DNA of 41,813 bases from Mesotaenium endlicherianum. Its lineage: Eukaryota. Below the pieces are notes generated by a model. That model was not told the DNA's origin. It did no database searches and saw only the letters and a program-made list of their open reading frames with translations. The position numbers and the translations under genes were made by a program. The stretch covers positions 74,718 through 116,530 of the forward strand of contig WELA01000201.1 of the NCBI GenBank assembly GCA_009602735.1, in the 5' to 3' direction. Every line of letters begins with the position of its first letter. The stretch's first letter is position 1. Shown piece by piece: positions 1 through 11,530 of this stretch.

Positions 1-383
1 CCCAAACACACACACAAAAACCACCCCCTTTGGGGTCCGGCGCCCCGCTCTTTCCTCTCCCTTCCTTATCTTCTTCATTGCTTCCTCTGCCGTCTGAGCC
101 CCACACCCTTGCCCCACACCCCAGAGGAAAGACACGCGCACATCTAGCCCTGCCAGTGCTGGTGTAGCGGTGCTGTGAGCGTGCGCCCTCTCCTCCGCGG
201 AGCCCATGCCCATCAGGTGGGCTGCGTTGGCGTTGCTCCTGAGCAAGCCACCAAGCGAGCGTTCCATGCGGCGCTCATTGTTGTTGTTGTATCTGGTCAA
301 TCACACATACATTCTACTATGTGCATGTGTGTGTATTTGTACTTGGATAGTATGACATAAACTCAGTGATAGAGGAAGAGCAC

Positions 384-734
384 ATGTGCGAGGGCCTTGC
401 GAATGCGTGCCGATTGATCTTGTTCCTGGTCGTGTGGGGGCTGCAATTGTTGTTGTTGGGGGGGGGGGGAGCGTGCAGGCGGCTGCAGTACAAGGGGCAG
501 GCGCAGGGCGCGCGCGTGGGGCGCCAGTTCCAGGTGCTGCGCAAGGGCCACGAGTATCTGCGCGCCGCGCTCGACGCTTGGTGGGAGGACGGGGTGCCCC
601 CCTCCTCCTCCTCCTCCTCCCCCCCCCTTCCGCCTCTCTCGTCCTCCCGCCCCTCCTTGCCCCCGCGCACTCCCACCCCTGCCCCGCCGCAGCAGCAGCA
701 GCGGCGGCAGGGGCGGCAGGAGGAGGAGATGGAG

Positions 735-768
<34 letters not shown>

Positions 769-1933
769 GGGAGGAGGGCCGGGGCCAGCAGCAACCGCAA
801 GAGCAGCTGCAGCAGCAGGACGAGGAAGGCCGGTGCCGACAGCAGGAGCAGCAGCGCCGGCTGCGGCAGGAGGAGGACCGCTGCCAGGTGGCGCGGCAGC
901 AGCAGCAGCAGCAGCAGGAGCAGGAGCGGCAGCAGTACAGCGCCGCGACGGTGCGACGGGTGGTGCGGCAGCTAACGGCGTGCAGCTGGAGCGTGCTCTA
1001 CGAGGCCCTGGCCGTGGCGTTTGCGGACCGCGCCGACCGCAGCCTCCACGAGCTGCTCCTCCTCCTCGGCCCCGGCACCGGCCTTGGCACTAGCACCGGC
1101 ACCGGCGCCAGCAGCGGCGCCAACAGCAGTACCAATGGCGGTGCCAATGGTGGCCTCACTGGCAGCAGCGGCTGTAAGGGCGCTAGTGGGGGCGGTACCG
1201 GTGGCGGCGCTAGTGCTGCCGCTGCTGCCGCCCCTTGGAATCGAGCAGCGGTGGAGTTGGGAGCTGCAAGGGACGGAGGAGGAGACAATAACGCAGGCGG
1301 CTTGGCCAGTGGTTGTACCGGCACCGCAGCTGCCGCCGAGTGCCACCTGGCAGCGTCGAGTGCTGCGGCCAGGGCCGCCCACTTCTTCCAGGAGGCGGAG
1401 GAGCCCGACGTCTGTGAGGAGCTCTGCTACGGCTTCCTCCTGGAGGAGCGGCGTGTGGGGCAGACAGCTGGCGGCAGCGGCGGGCGCCAGAGCAGGAGCA
1501 GCGGTGGTGACCGTGGCGGGCAGCAGACTGCCGGTAGCAGCGGCGGCGCCAGCAGCAGCAGCGGCGGTCGTGGCGGCGGGGGCGACGGCGGCGTCAGCAA
1601 CGGGGGCGGGCGGGGGAGTGTGTGGCGCATGGAAGAGGGCTTGGGGGAGGGGGAGGACCGCGACGTGCTGGGGAGGGTGGGCTACGGGTTCTCGCGCGAG
1701 GAGGAGCAGCGGGGGGTCGACATGTGGCGCCAAGTGTGCCTGCTGTGGCGACGCTACAAGCGTTGGCTGGTGCTCATCGCAGCACACTGCGGCCGCCTCA
1801 ACTTCGAGGTCATGCTTGAGCGCTCGCGGTCAGTGCATGCCTCCCTCCGCCCCCCCCCTCTCTCTCTCTCCTTGGCTGCCTGTCCGCCTGCCTGCCTTCT
1901 GTGGGCCTCCCTCCCTCCCTGTCAACCTGCGTG

Positions 1934-1965
<32 letters not shown>

Positions 1966-3232
1966 CTCCCTTTCTCTCTCTGGCCTGCTGCCTCCCCCCC
2001 TGCCTCCCTCCCTGCGTGGCTGCCTGCCTGCCTGCCCTCAAGCCTCTTTTTTCCCGTCCCCTCGCGCTCCCTCTGCTTCATGGCTGTCAGCTCGTGGTGT
2101 TCCGTCGCCGCCCGGGAGTGTTGACTCTTTCTTATGGTCTTGCACGTCCTCTCAGGTTATATTTGCACGTGCACGCGCATGCGTATCGGCGCGTGTGCAT
2201 GTGCGTGTGTGTGTGCATGTGCATGCATGTGTGTGCGTGTGTGTGCATGCGTGTGTATGCACGTCTGTATGTTTTTTCGTGTGTGCCCTGAGTATGTGAA
2301 TGTGGTGTGTTATCCTCACGGGTGGCGAGGAGCAGGGCGGCGGCGGCGGCGGCCACGCCCACCGTGTTTGACAAGGGCGTCATCTGCTTCAGGTTGGTTC
2401 ACCCTGCAGCCAGGCAGGCAGAAGTAATCGGGCCTTCTCAGCCAGCTGGGCTCTTGGCCCCCCCTGGGGCTTCATGGAAAGGGCTATGGAAGGCGGGATA
2501 GGGATGAGCTTTGTTGGGGGATAAGAAGAAGGTGTGAGAGAGGTGTGCAGGCTGACATGTATCACGCTGCGAGGGTCCTGTGAGGGACAGGTTTGATTGG
2601 GTGGTGACGTTATGCTTGAGACTTGCTTGACTCTCGGAGTCATGAGGGGTTCAGAGGACAGGGGGGATGAGAAAAGGAGGAGAGGAAGGGGGGGTGGAGG
2701 AGTGACGCTGGTTTGGCCCTAGAAGCTTTTTGGAAGGTGGAGCCCTCGTTCGAGCTGGAGCTGTGGGTTGAGCCGGCGGCTATGGAGTCCGGGGGCAGAA
2801 GGAGAAGCAGGGAGGGGGAGGGAGAGGCAGAAGGGGAGGGGCAGGGGTGGAGGGGGCTGGGCACTGGTCTGAGGACTTGGCTGCCGCTGAGCTTGCTTGG
2901 GTGAATATTCCGCCGCGTGTGTGCACGGGGGCCTGGGAGTGCTTCTGTTCTGATTCTTGGGTTTCCATTGACCTTGTAATGACCCAGCATTTAAACACAC
3001 GCGTGTGAACGGGAGCCAGGGGGTGCTTGTTTCAAGTCTCGGGTTTCCACTGACCTTGTAATGACCGAGCATTCAAACGCGTGCGCGTGTGAACAGAAGC
3101 CAGGTGGTGCTGGCGTACGACAGCCGCAGGTGCCTGCAGGCGGGGCTGGGGGCGCTCTCGCGCGCGGAGGCGGGCGGCGACGCCTCCGAGGTTGACATGT
3201 GGCTCCTCACGCGCGTCCGCCGTCTTTACCAG
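384..3232 (+). CDS. Cullin N-terminal-repeat-like protein, copy 1 (exons 1-3; terminal exon present only after copy 2)
   Basis: Exons 384-1828, 2336-2392 and 3097-3232 join in consistent phase. Segments QFQVLRKGHEYLRAALDAWWE, YSAATVRRVVRQLTACSWSVLYEALAVAF, MWRQVCLLWRRYKRWLVLIAAHCGRLN, PTVFDKGVICFRSQVV and LLTRVRRLYQ resemble by eye successive helices of the CUL1/CUL3 N-terminal repeat region. They are separated by polyS/Q/E and Gly-rich insertions. ATG 384 is tentative. Confidence 0.55.
1875..2290. repeat. Intronic (GCCT)n and (GT/GCGT/ATGT)n microsatellites (repeated at 5346-5761)
   Basis: Runs of gcctgcctgcct and gtgtgcatgtgt seen directly. Confidence 0.85.
2914..3112 (+). repeat. ~82-84-bp degenerate tandem repeat spanning the exon-3 acceptor (also 6385-6583)
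   Basis: gggtttcca(t/c)tgaccttgtaatgacc(c/g)agcatt(t/c)aaac occurs at ~2959 and ~3041. gcgtgtgaacgggagccagggggtgct (3001) parallels the real junction gcgtgtgaacag|aagccaggtggtgct (3085). Confidence 0.8.
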
Positions 3233-3929
3233 GCACAGCCCGTGCCCCCCCCCTGCAATCCCCTCCCTCCCTCGCCCCTACCTCCGCCGCTATCTCAGTT
3301 TTCTGTCTCAATGGCTATGCAGCACGTAGCACCCGAGCCCGGAGAGGAGGGAGGTCTGCAACATGATCAGGGCGACATCTGTCTCGCTCTTTGGCGGCTC
3401 GTGAGGGGCCCTCTTGTGCGCGGCTGGCTGGTTATAAAAATGGGGGGGAAATGGGGGCGTGCGCGCGGCGCCGGGGAGGGGGAGAGANNNNNNNNNNNNN
3501 NNNNNNNNNNNNNNNNNNNNNNNNNNNNNNNNNNNNNNNNNNNNNNNNNNNNNNNNNNNNNNNNNNNNNNNNNNNNNNNNNNNNNNNNNNNNNNNNNNNN
3601 NNNNNNNNNNNNNNNNNNNNNNNNNNNNNNNNNNNNNNNNNNNNNNNNNNNNNNNNNNNNNNNNNNNNNNNNNNNNNNNNNNNNNNNNNNNNNNNNNNNN
3701 NNNNNNNNNNNNNNNNNNNNNNNNNNNNNNNNNNNNNNNNNNNNNNNNNNNNNNNNNNNNNNNNNNNNNNNNNNNNNNNNNNNNNNNNNNNNNNNNNNNN
3801 NNNNNNNNNNNNNNNNNNNNNNNNNNNNNNNNNNNNNNNNNNNNNNNNNNNNNNNNNNNNNNNNNNNNNNNNNNNNNNNNNNNNNNNNNNNNNNNNNNNN
3901 NNNNNNNNNNNNNNNNNNNNNNNNNNNNN

Positions 3930-4205
3930 GGGGGGGGGGGAGCGTGCAGGCGGCTGCAGTACAAGGGGCAGGCGCAGGGCGCGCGCGTGGGGCGCCAGTT
4001 CCAGGTGCTGCGCAAGGGCCACGAGTATCTGCGCGCCGCGCTCGACGCTTGGTGGGAGGACGGGGTGCCCCCCTCCTCCTCCTCCTCCTCCCCCCCCCTT
4101 CCGCCTCTCTCGTCCTCCCGCCCCTCCTTGCCCCCGCGCACTCCCACCCCTGCCCCGCCGCAGCAGCAGCAGCGGCGGCAGGGGCGGCAGGAGGAGGAGA
4201 TGGAG

Positions 4206-4239
<34 letters not shown>

Positions 4240-5404
4240 GGGAGGAGGGCCGGGGCCAGCAGCAACCGCAAGAGCAGCTGCAGCAGCAGGACGAGGAAGG
4301 CCGGTGCCGACAGCAGGAGCAGCAGCGCCGGCTGCGGCAGGAGGAGGACCGCTGCCAGGTGGCGCGGCAGCAGCAGCAGCAGCAGCAGGAGCAGGAGCGG
4401 CAGCAGTACAGCGCCGCGACGGTGCGACGGGTGGTGCGGCAGCTAACGGCGTGCAGCTGGAGCGTGCTCTACGAGGCCCTGGCCGTGGCGTTTGCGGACC
4501 GCGCCGACCGCAGCCTCCACGAGCTGCTCCTCCTCCTCGGCCCCGGCACCGGCCTTGGCACTAGCACCGGCACCGGCGCCAGCAGCGGCGCCAACAGCAG
4601 TACCAATGGCGGTGCCAATGGTGGCCTCACTGGCAGCAGCGGCTGTAAGGGCGCTAGTGGGGGCGGTACCGGTGGCGGCGCTAGTGCTGCCGCTGCTGCC
4701 GCCCCTTGGAATCGAGCAGCGGTGGAGTTGGGAGCTGCAAGGGACGGAGGAGGAGACAATAACGCAGGCGGCTTGGCCAGTGGTTGTACCGGCACCGCAG
4801 CTGCCGCCGAGTGCCACCTGGCAGCGTCGAGTGCTGCGGCCAGGGCCGCCCACTTCTTCCAGGAGGCGGAGGAGCCCGACGTCTGTGAGGAGCTCTGCTA
4901 CGGCTTCCTCCTGGAGGAGCGGCGTGTGGGGCAGACAGCTGGCGGCAGCGGCGGGCGCCAGAGCAGGAGCAGCGGTGGTGACCGTGGCGGGCAGCAGACT
5001 GCCGGTAGCAGCGGCGGCGCCAGCAGCAGCAGCGGCGGTCGTGGCGGCGGGGGCGACGGCGGCGTCAGCAACGGGGGCGGGCGGGGGAGTGTGTGGCGCA
5101 TGGAAGAGGGCTTGGGGGAGGGGGAGGACCGCGACGTGCTGGGGAGGGTGGGCTACGGGTTCTCGCGCGAGGAGGAGCAGCGGGGGGTCGACATGTGGCG
5201 CCAAGTGTGCCTGCTGTGGCGACGCTACAAGCGTTGGCTGGTGCTCATCGCAGCACACTGCGGCCGCCTCAACTTCGAGGTCATGCTTGAGCGCTCGCGG
5301 TCAGTGCATGCCTCCCTCCGCCCCCCCCCTCTCTCTCTCTCCTTGGCTGCCTGTCCGCCTGCCTGCCTTCTGTGGGCCTCCCTCCCTCCCTGTCAACCTG
5401 CGTG

Positions 5405-5436
<32 letters not shown>

Positions 5437-7770
5437 CTCCCTTTCTCTCTCTGGCCTGCTGCCTCCCCCCCTGCCTCCCTCCCTGCGTGGCTGCCTGCCT
5501 GCCTGCCCTCAAGCCTCTTTTTTCCCGTCCCCTCGCGCTCCCTCTGCTTCATGGCTGTCAGCTCGTGGTGTTCCGTCGCCGCCCGGGAGTGTTGACTCTT
5601 TCTTATGGTCTTGCACGTCCTCTCAGGTTATATTTGCACGTGCACGCGCATGCGTATCGGCGCGTGTGCATGTGCGTGTGTGTGTGCATGTGCATGCATG
5701 TGTGTGCGTGTGTGTGCATGCGTGTGTATGCACGTCTGTATGTTTTTTCGTGTGTGCCCTGAGTATGTGAATGTGGTGTGTTATCCTCACGGGTGGCGAG
5801 GAGCAGGGCGGCGGCGGCGGCGGCCACGCCCACCGTGTTTGACAAGGGCGTCATCTGCTTCAGGTTGGTTCACCCTGCAGCCAGGCAGGCAGAAGTAATC
5901 GGGCCTTCTCAGCCAGCTGGGCTCTTGGCCCCCCCTGGGGCTTCATGGAAAGGGCTATGGAAGGCGGGATAGGGATGAGCTTTGTTGGGGGATAAGAAGA
6001 AGGTGTGAGAGAGGTGTGCAGGCTGACATGTATCACGCTGCGAGGGTCCTGTGAGGGACAGGTTTGATTGGGTGGTGACGTTATGCTTGAGACTTGCTTG
6101 ACTCTCGGAGTCATGAGGGGTTCAGAGGACAGGGGGGATGAGAAAAGGAGGAGAGGAAGGGGGGGTGGAGGAGTGACGCTGGTTTGGCCCTAGAAGCTTT
6201 TTGGAAGGTGGAGCCCTCGTTCGAGCTGGAGCTGTGGGTTGAGCCGGCGGCTATGGAGTCCGGGGGCAGAAGGAGAAGCAGGGAGGGGGAGGGAGAGGCA
6301 GAAGGGGAGGGGCAGGGGTGGAGGGGGCTGGGCACTGGTCTGAGGACTTGGCTGCCGCTGAGCTTGCTTGGGTGAATATTCCGCCGCGTGTGTGCACGGG
6401 GGCCTGGGAGTGCTTCTGTTCTGATTCTTGGGTTTCCATTGACCTTGTAATGACCCAGCATTTAAACACACGCGTGTGAACGGGAGCCAGGGGGTGCTTG
6501 TTTCAAGTCTCGGGTTTCCACTGACCTTGTAATGACCGAGCATTCAAACGCGTGCGCGTGTGAACAGAAGCCAGGTGGTGCTGGCGTACGACAGCCGCAG
6601 GTGCCTGCAGGCGGGGCTGGGGGCGCTCTCGCGCGCGGAGGCGGGCGGCGACGCCTCCGAGGTTGACATGTGGCTCCTCACGCGCGTCCGCCGTCTTTAC
6701 CAGGCACAGCCCGTGCCCCCCCCCTGCAATCCCCTCCCTCCCTCGCCCCTACCTCCGCCGCTATCTCAGTTTTCTGTCTCAATGGCTATGCAGCACGTAG
6801 CACCCGAGCCCGGAGAGGAGGGAGGTCTGCAACATGATCAGGGCGACATCTGTCTCGCTCTTTGGCGGCTCGTGAGGGGCCCTCTTGTGCGCGGCTGGCT
6901 GGTTATAAAAATGGGGGGGAAATGGGGGCGTGCGCGCGGCGCCGGGGAGGGGGAGAGAAGGGGGGGGGGAGTAGAGTGGGTCGAAAGAGATGACAGCAGT
7001 TATGCCCTCGATATGCTTTTGTGTGGAGCCGCCAGCTTGTCTTGCTTGTCTTGCTTGTCTTGCTTTGTGTTTGCTTGCTTGTCTTGCTTGGCGTCTCGAC
7101 ACGGCGGGAAAGTTGCCTGAGAGTGTGGCTCGCATAAACTCGTGCTCAGCGTGTGGGGGATTAGGGGCTGCGATATAGGGCGCAGCAGGGACGTGCCGCT
7201 GCTCCGGCCATGGCTGCCTCGAGGTGTTGTACTTCCCAGACTCATCCGGTATCCAAGGAAGGGCTACGGAAGAGAGTCAGCTGCCTCTTGCAGCCCCGGC
7301 TCGTGTGTTTGCTGCTGTTCCCCGTTCCCCTGGGTGAGTGTTCCGACAAAGTGGTCGGTGTGCTGGGTCCTGCCTGGTTTGTGAAGGTGTTGCGGTGTGC
7401 CGAGTGGCGATCCTCCTGAAGTCCCAGACTCCTGAACCGGAGTCATCGAGAGTGATTCTCCCTCTCCTCTTCTCTGCCGCAGGAGCTGGACGTGTCCGAC
7501 GACGCCACGCTGCCACGTGGCAGCTTCACGCAGGCCAAGCTCCGCCGCTGCTTCCGCGCGCTCCTCAAGAGCGGCGGCGGCAGCAGCGGAGGCGGCGGCG
7601 GCCGCAGCGGCCGGGCTGGCGGCGGCAGAGGCTGCGGCGGCGGCCATGGCAGCCGCAGCAGCTTGGGCGCCGACAGCGAGCTCTTCTCGCTCCCCCGGCG
7701 GCCGTATAAGCCGCACCTTCAGGTGTCCTCGCAGTATAGGCTGCGGCCAGCTTCCGCACGACGAGTCTAA
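3930..7770 (+). CDS. Cullin N-terminal-repeat-like protein, copy 2 (5' end in gap), including terminal exon
   Basis: Exons <3930-5299, 5807-5863, 6568-6703 and 7483-7770 (ELDVSDDATLPRGSFTQAKLRRCFRALLK...ARRV*, TAA 7768-7770). The composite model from ATG 384 is about 641 aa. The last intron requires a GC donor at 6704. Confidence 0.6.
7036..7089. repeat. 9-bp (CTTGTCTTG)n minisatellite in intron
   Basis: cttgtcttgcttgtcttgcttgtcttg... seen directly. Confidence 0.8.
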
Positions 7771-9607
7771 GGTCCTAGGGCAAACCGGGGGGAATCTGTG
7801 CGCCCCACCACCCCCTCATTCCCCACGCCACACCAGGCCACACCNNNNNNNNNNNNNNNNNNNNNNNNNNNNNNNNNNNNNNNNNNNNNNNNNNNNNNNN
7901 NNNNNNNNNNNNNNNNNNNNNNNNNNNNNNNNNNNNNNNNNNNNNNNNNNNNNNNNNNNNNNNNNNNNNNNNNNNNNNNNNNNNNNNNNNNNNNNNNNNN
8001 NNNNNNNNNNNNNNNNNNNNNNNNNNCCCCCCCCTTCTGCCGCCTTTTTCCCTTCCCTACCTTGGGACCGTCACGACCAGAGGGGCTTTAGGGAGATGGG
8101 GTTCTGGCCGTCCGATGTTGGAGGCTCAGGTGTGCTGCCTCGCGTTTAGGCTCTCACTCTTGTCATGAGTGACAACGGTGGGGGGCAGAGGAAGAAAGGC
8201 CCAGGTGTTTACCATCCATGGTGTTACTCTGAGCAGGAATGAGGCGTGGTAGCAGCTTGTTCTTCTTGGTGGCAGGAAGGGGAAAAAAGGGCCCATTGCT
8301 GATTCATAGGTATTTCTTAGCGAAACTGGACGTTGGAGTAGTTTAGCACGTTTCCGAGTACTTGCGTGATATGGAGGATATAGTAGAGATCCGTTCTTGT
8401 ATATTCTTATTTCTTGTGTATACACAATGTTGAGGTTCTTGCATTTATCGCACATTGCACGCGCGCCATGTGCACTTGTACTCTTGGCTAAACGTTCTTT
8501 TAAGTTTGCCACATATACCCACGCATTGTGCGTGAAGCTCCAAAATGGCATCACTCAATGGACATCGACTTGACGAGCATGCATGCCCAAAAGCTATGGA
8601 GCTAGAGTTTGTGCCGCCATGCAGATCAAGAGCATACAATCAATAGACAGCAAACCTGGACACAGCGTTTCACTGAATGCCTCTGCGGAAATGGTTGGGC
8701 TTCCATTTGTACGAGAGGCAATATCGGGACGAATGCGTCTGCATGGTAAGTGATGGTGCCCTTCATAGCTTCACTTATCTGTGAGGGCCGGGTTTGCAAC
8801 CTGTACAATCATACATATAGAAAGCTTGAATGCATGCACATGCGCGTGAGAGTTAATGTCAGCGTGGGACCACATTAGTTTGCAGGGTGTGCATGCTGGT
8901 ATAAATGTAAAATATTTGGCAATTAGGTGGCCCGGAGGCTTACCTAGTACCGCACTGCAAGCATCAAGTTGTTGTTGCAAGTAGTCGAGAGGAAGAAATC
9001 TTGTTTGCGCAGGTGCCTCGGCTATAACAATCAACATGAAAATGTCCAGATTACTTGCACATAGACAAGCAAAAACATGAACGGTTTGCATGTACTTGGT
9101 AACATTCAATTCCAGTTTCATGAAATATGCAGCAAGAAGAGCAATCTTGCCGGCCAATTCTACTGGTGCTTAGACTGTAATACATATGGAACTTCCGCAA
9201 CGTGCAAGTGGATGACATTGAAGAGAAAAAGTCTGCAATATTTTCGGTTTCAACGCTACTTTCACTGGAAGAGCTCACCTTGTATTTGCATTCCTGTGAA
9301 CAAAGATAAATCACACAATTCTTGGATCGATCAACCCTTTGACAATTCAATCCATCGTAATCTAATGACGACTTAATATGCCTATTAAATAGGTCTATCT
9401 GGAGCCCATTTTGAAGCTGAACAAAACGGAGTCGATAATTAAACTCAAAACAATTCCGCCTCCCAATTGTTTGACGAGGTGAAACAAGACGAGACAAGGC
9501 ATGGCAAGACGAGACGGGAGGAGAGACGAGATGGGAGACGAATTGAGAAAAGACGGGAAAAAAGTGAAAAGACTAAGGAATATACAAGCCCGCCACCCCC
9601 CCCCNCA

Positions 9608-10770
9608 TCAGAACGCATCCGCCTCCACGAGGCAGCAGCAGCACAGGCAGCTGCTCAGCCAGCCGAGGGCGGTGCTCTCCGCAAACAGCGAGTCTCGCAG
9701 ATGCGCGTTCTCGTCCACTCTGGTCACGATCTTGTCCAGGAGATAGTTGCGCACGTCGGTCTTGCCGAGCACCGACGCGATGTGGAGGGCGCTCTGGCCC
9801 GCCGCGTTGCGCAGGTCGCTGTCGGCGCCGCGGTCGCACAGGAGCGCGACAGCTGGCAGGTGGCCCTGCGCGGCGGCGTAGTGCAGCGCGGCGTTGCCCC
9901 CAAAGTCGGCAGCGTCAAGCGCCGCATCTGCCAAGGAAAAACAAACAAAAAAGTCAATGGAAATCAACGCTATTACTATAGAGAAATAGTACTTTGAGTA
10001 CTAGACAATAATCGATTGATAACGACTATGAGTATTAGTACACAACAATGTCAAATATTAGTCCAACGACAAAAAGGCTCCAAGGGCTTGCTTTTGCTTG
10101 CTGACTTTGGGGCTGAGGTGTTGCGCAAGGCCTTTGAATACTTTACGGCTGACGCGTTCAACAACCCCCTTGACAGCCATGCATAAGCTGCTGAGGGGGG
10201 GAAAGGGGGCGCGGGGGGGGAGCGGGGGGCGGCACTCCTTTGCACAGCGTTTACGGTGTATAGACTACTTGGACGGCACACACAGATCTGGCAGGCTTGC
10301 TGCTGCGAGAGCTGCCAGAGGCGCCGGCATTCACGCTTGCCTCCAGCTTTAGAGAGGGCAGTGAGGGCGAGGGCGAGGACCGCCTTGCTGGCGGACCTAC
10401 TGCTTGCCAGGCGCGCACGCACACAGTGCGCGCATGAGGTCACTGCTCTCTGCTCACTGCTCACCACTCCCACTGCCACCCGGAAGCTTGCCGCAAAGCT
10501 GGCACGCGTGTGCGGGCAGGTTTGCACGCACCTTTCCCATCTCTTTCAGACCCCCCGGCCCATCCACTCACACACACACGCGCGCGCGCGCACACGCACC
10601 CACATGTACCTTACGTGCATGTGGAGGCGTGCACGGGCGCATGCAAGCAGATTATTTGTGCGTGCAACTCTGCCTATGCACGCATTGGCACTACATGTAT
10701 GTGCATGTGTGTATCTGTATGTGCGTGCGTGCGTGTGTGCGTGCGTGTGTGTGCGTGCGTGCGTGTGTGT

Positions 10771-10809
<39 letters not shown>

Positions 10810-11499
10810 CTCGTGAGTGTGTATTTGCGTGCGCGCATGGAGTGCCTTTGTGAGTGCACATTTGTGCATGAAAGGGTGCGTGTGTGTGCCTCTGAGTGTG
10901 AGTGTGAGTGTGAGAGTGCGCGTGTGCATGTGTGTGCGTATGTGTGTGACTGTGACGGTGCCCGTGAGGTTGCACGCGCACTCGCACATGCACACATGGG
11001 TGTGCGTAAACCTCACCCCGTATCAAAAGCAGGCGGATCGCCTCCGTGTTGCCCTGCCCCGCTGCCAGGTGGAGGGGCGTGGCGCCGCCCTCGTTGCGGG
11101 CCTCCACAGGCGAGCCCCGCGACAGCAGCAGCCCCAGAATGTCGGTGCTGGCCGTGGAGCTGGAGGCACTGCTGCTGCTGACCCTAGGGTTTGATGCGAA
11201 GGAGGAGGAGGAGGAGGAGGAGGAAGAGATGCTGATGGCGTAGTGCACGGGCGCCCACCCGTCGCGCGTGCGCGCGTTCACGTCCGCCTTCCTGCGCACC
11301 AAGTTGGCGGGGATCTCCGGCGATGAGTGTGTCGGATACCCACCAGAGGATGCGGAAAAGGTCACCACAAGCACTGGCAGGAGCTCCTAGCCCCTACCTC
11401 CCCCCCCCCATGGCCCCCACNNNNNNNNNNNNNNNNNNNNNNNNNNNNNNNNNNNNNNNNNNNNTGGCCCCCACCCCCCCTCCAAACTTTTTGACTACA

Positions 11500-11530
<31 letters not shown>

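Larger units (their letters stand above)
459..6958. repeat. 3,029-bp apparently identical direct duplication (459-3487 = 3930-6958) flanking an N-gap
   Basis: Constant offset of 3471 bp. ORF translations in the two copies are identical. The copies are separated by N 3488-3929 and begin and end at G-rich runs. Confidence 0.95.

Noticed and set aside
1829..2291. Cys-rich C-terminal extension of the 641-aa ORF (PACLPACL, CVCVC)
   Set aside because: Read-through into an intron made of GCCT and GT microsatellites; a GT donor is present at 1829.
3089..4564. ORFs spanning N-gaps (also 24329-25667 and 34562-35629)
   Set aside because: Their length is an artefact of translating N; only the flanking exon parts are supported.
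10404..11194. ORFs rich in CV/HT dipeptides (also 37835-38503)
   Set aside because: Translations of (GT)n/(CA)n microsatellites within introns.
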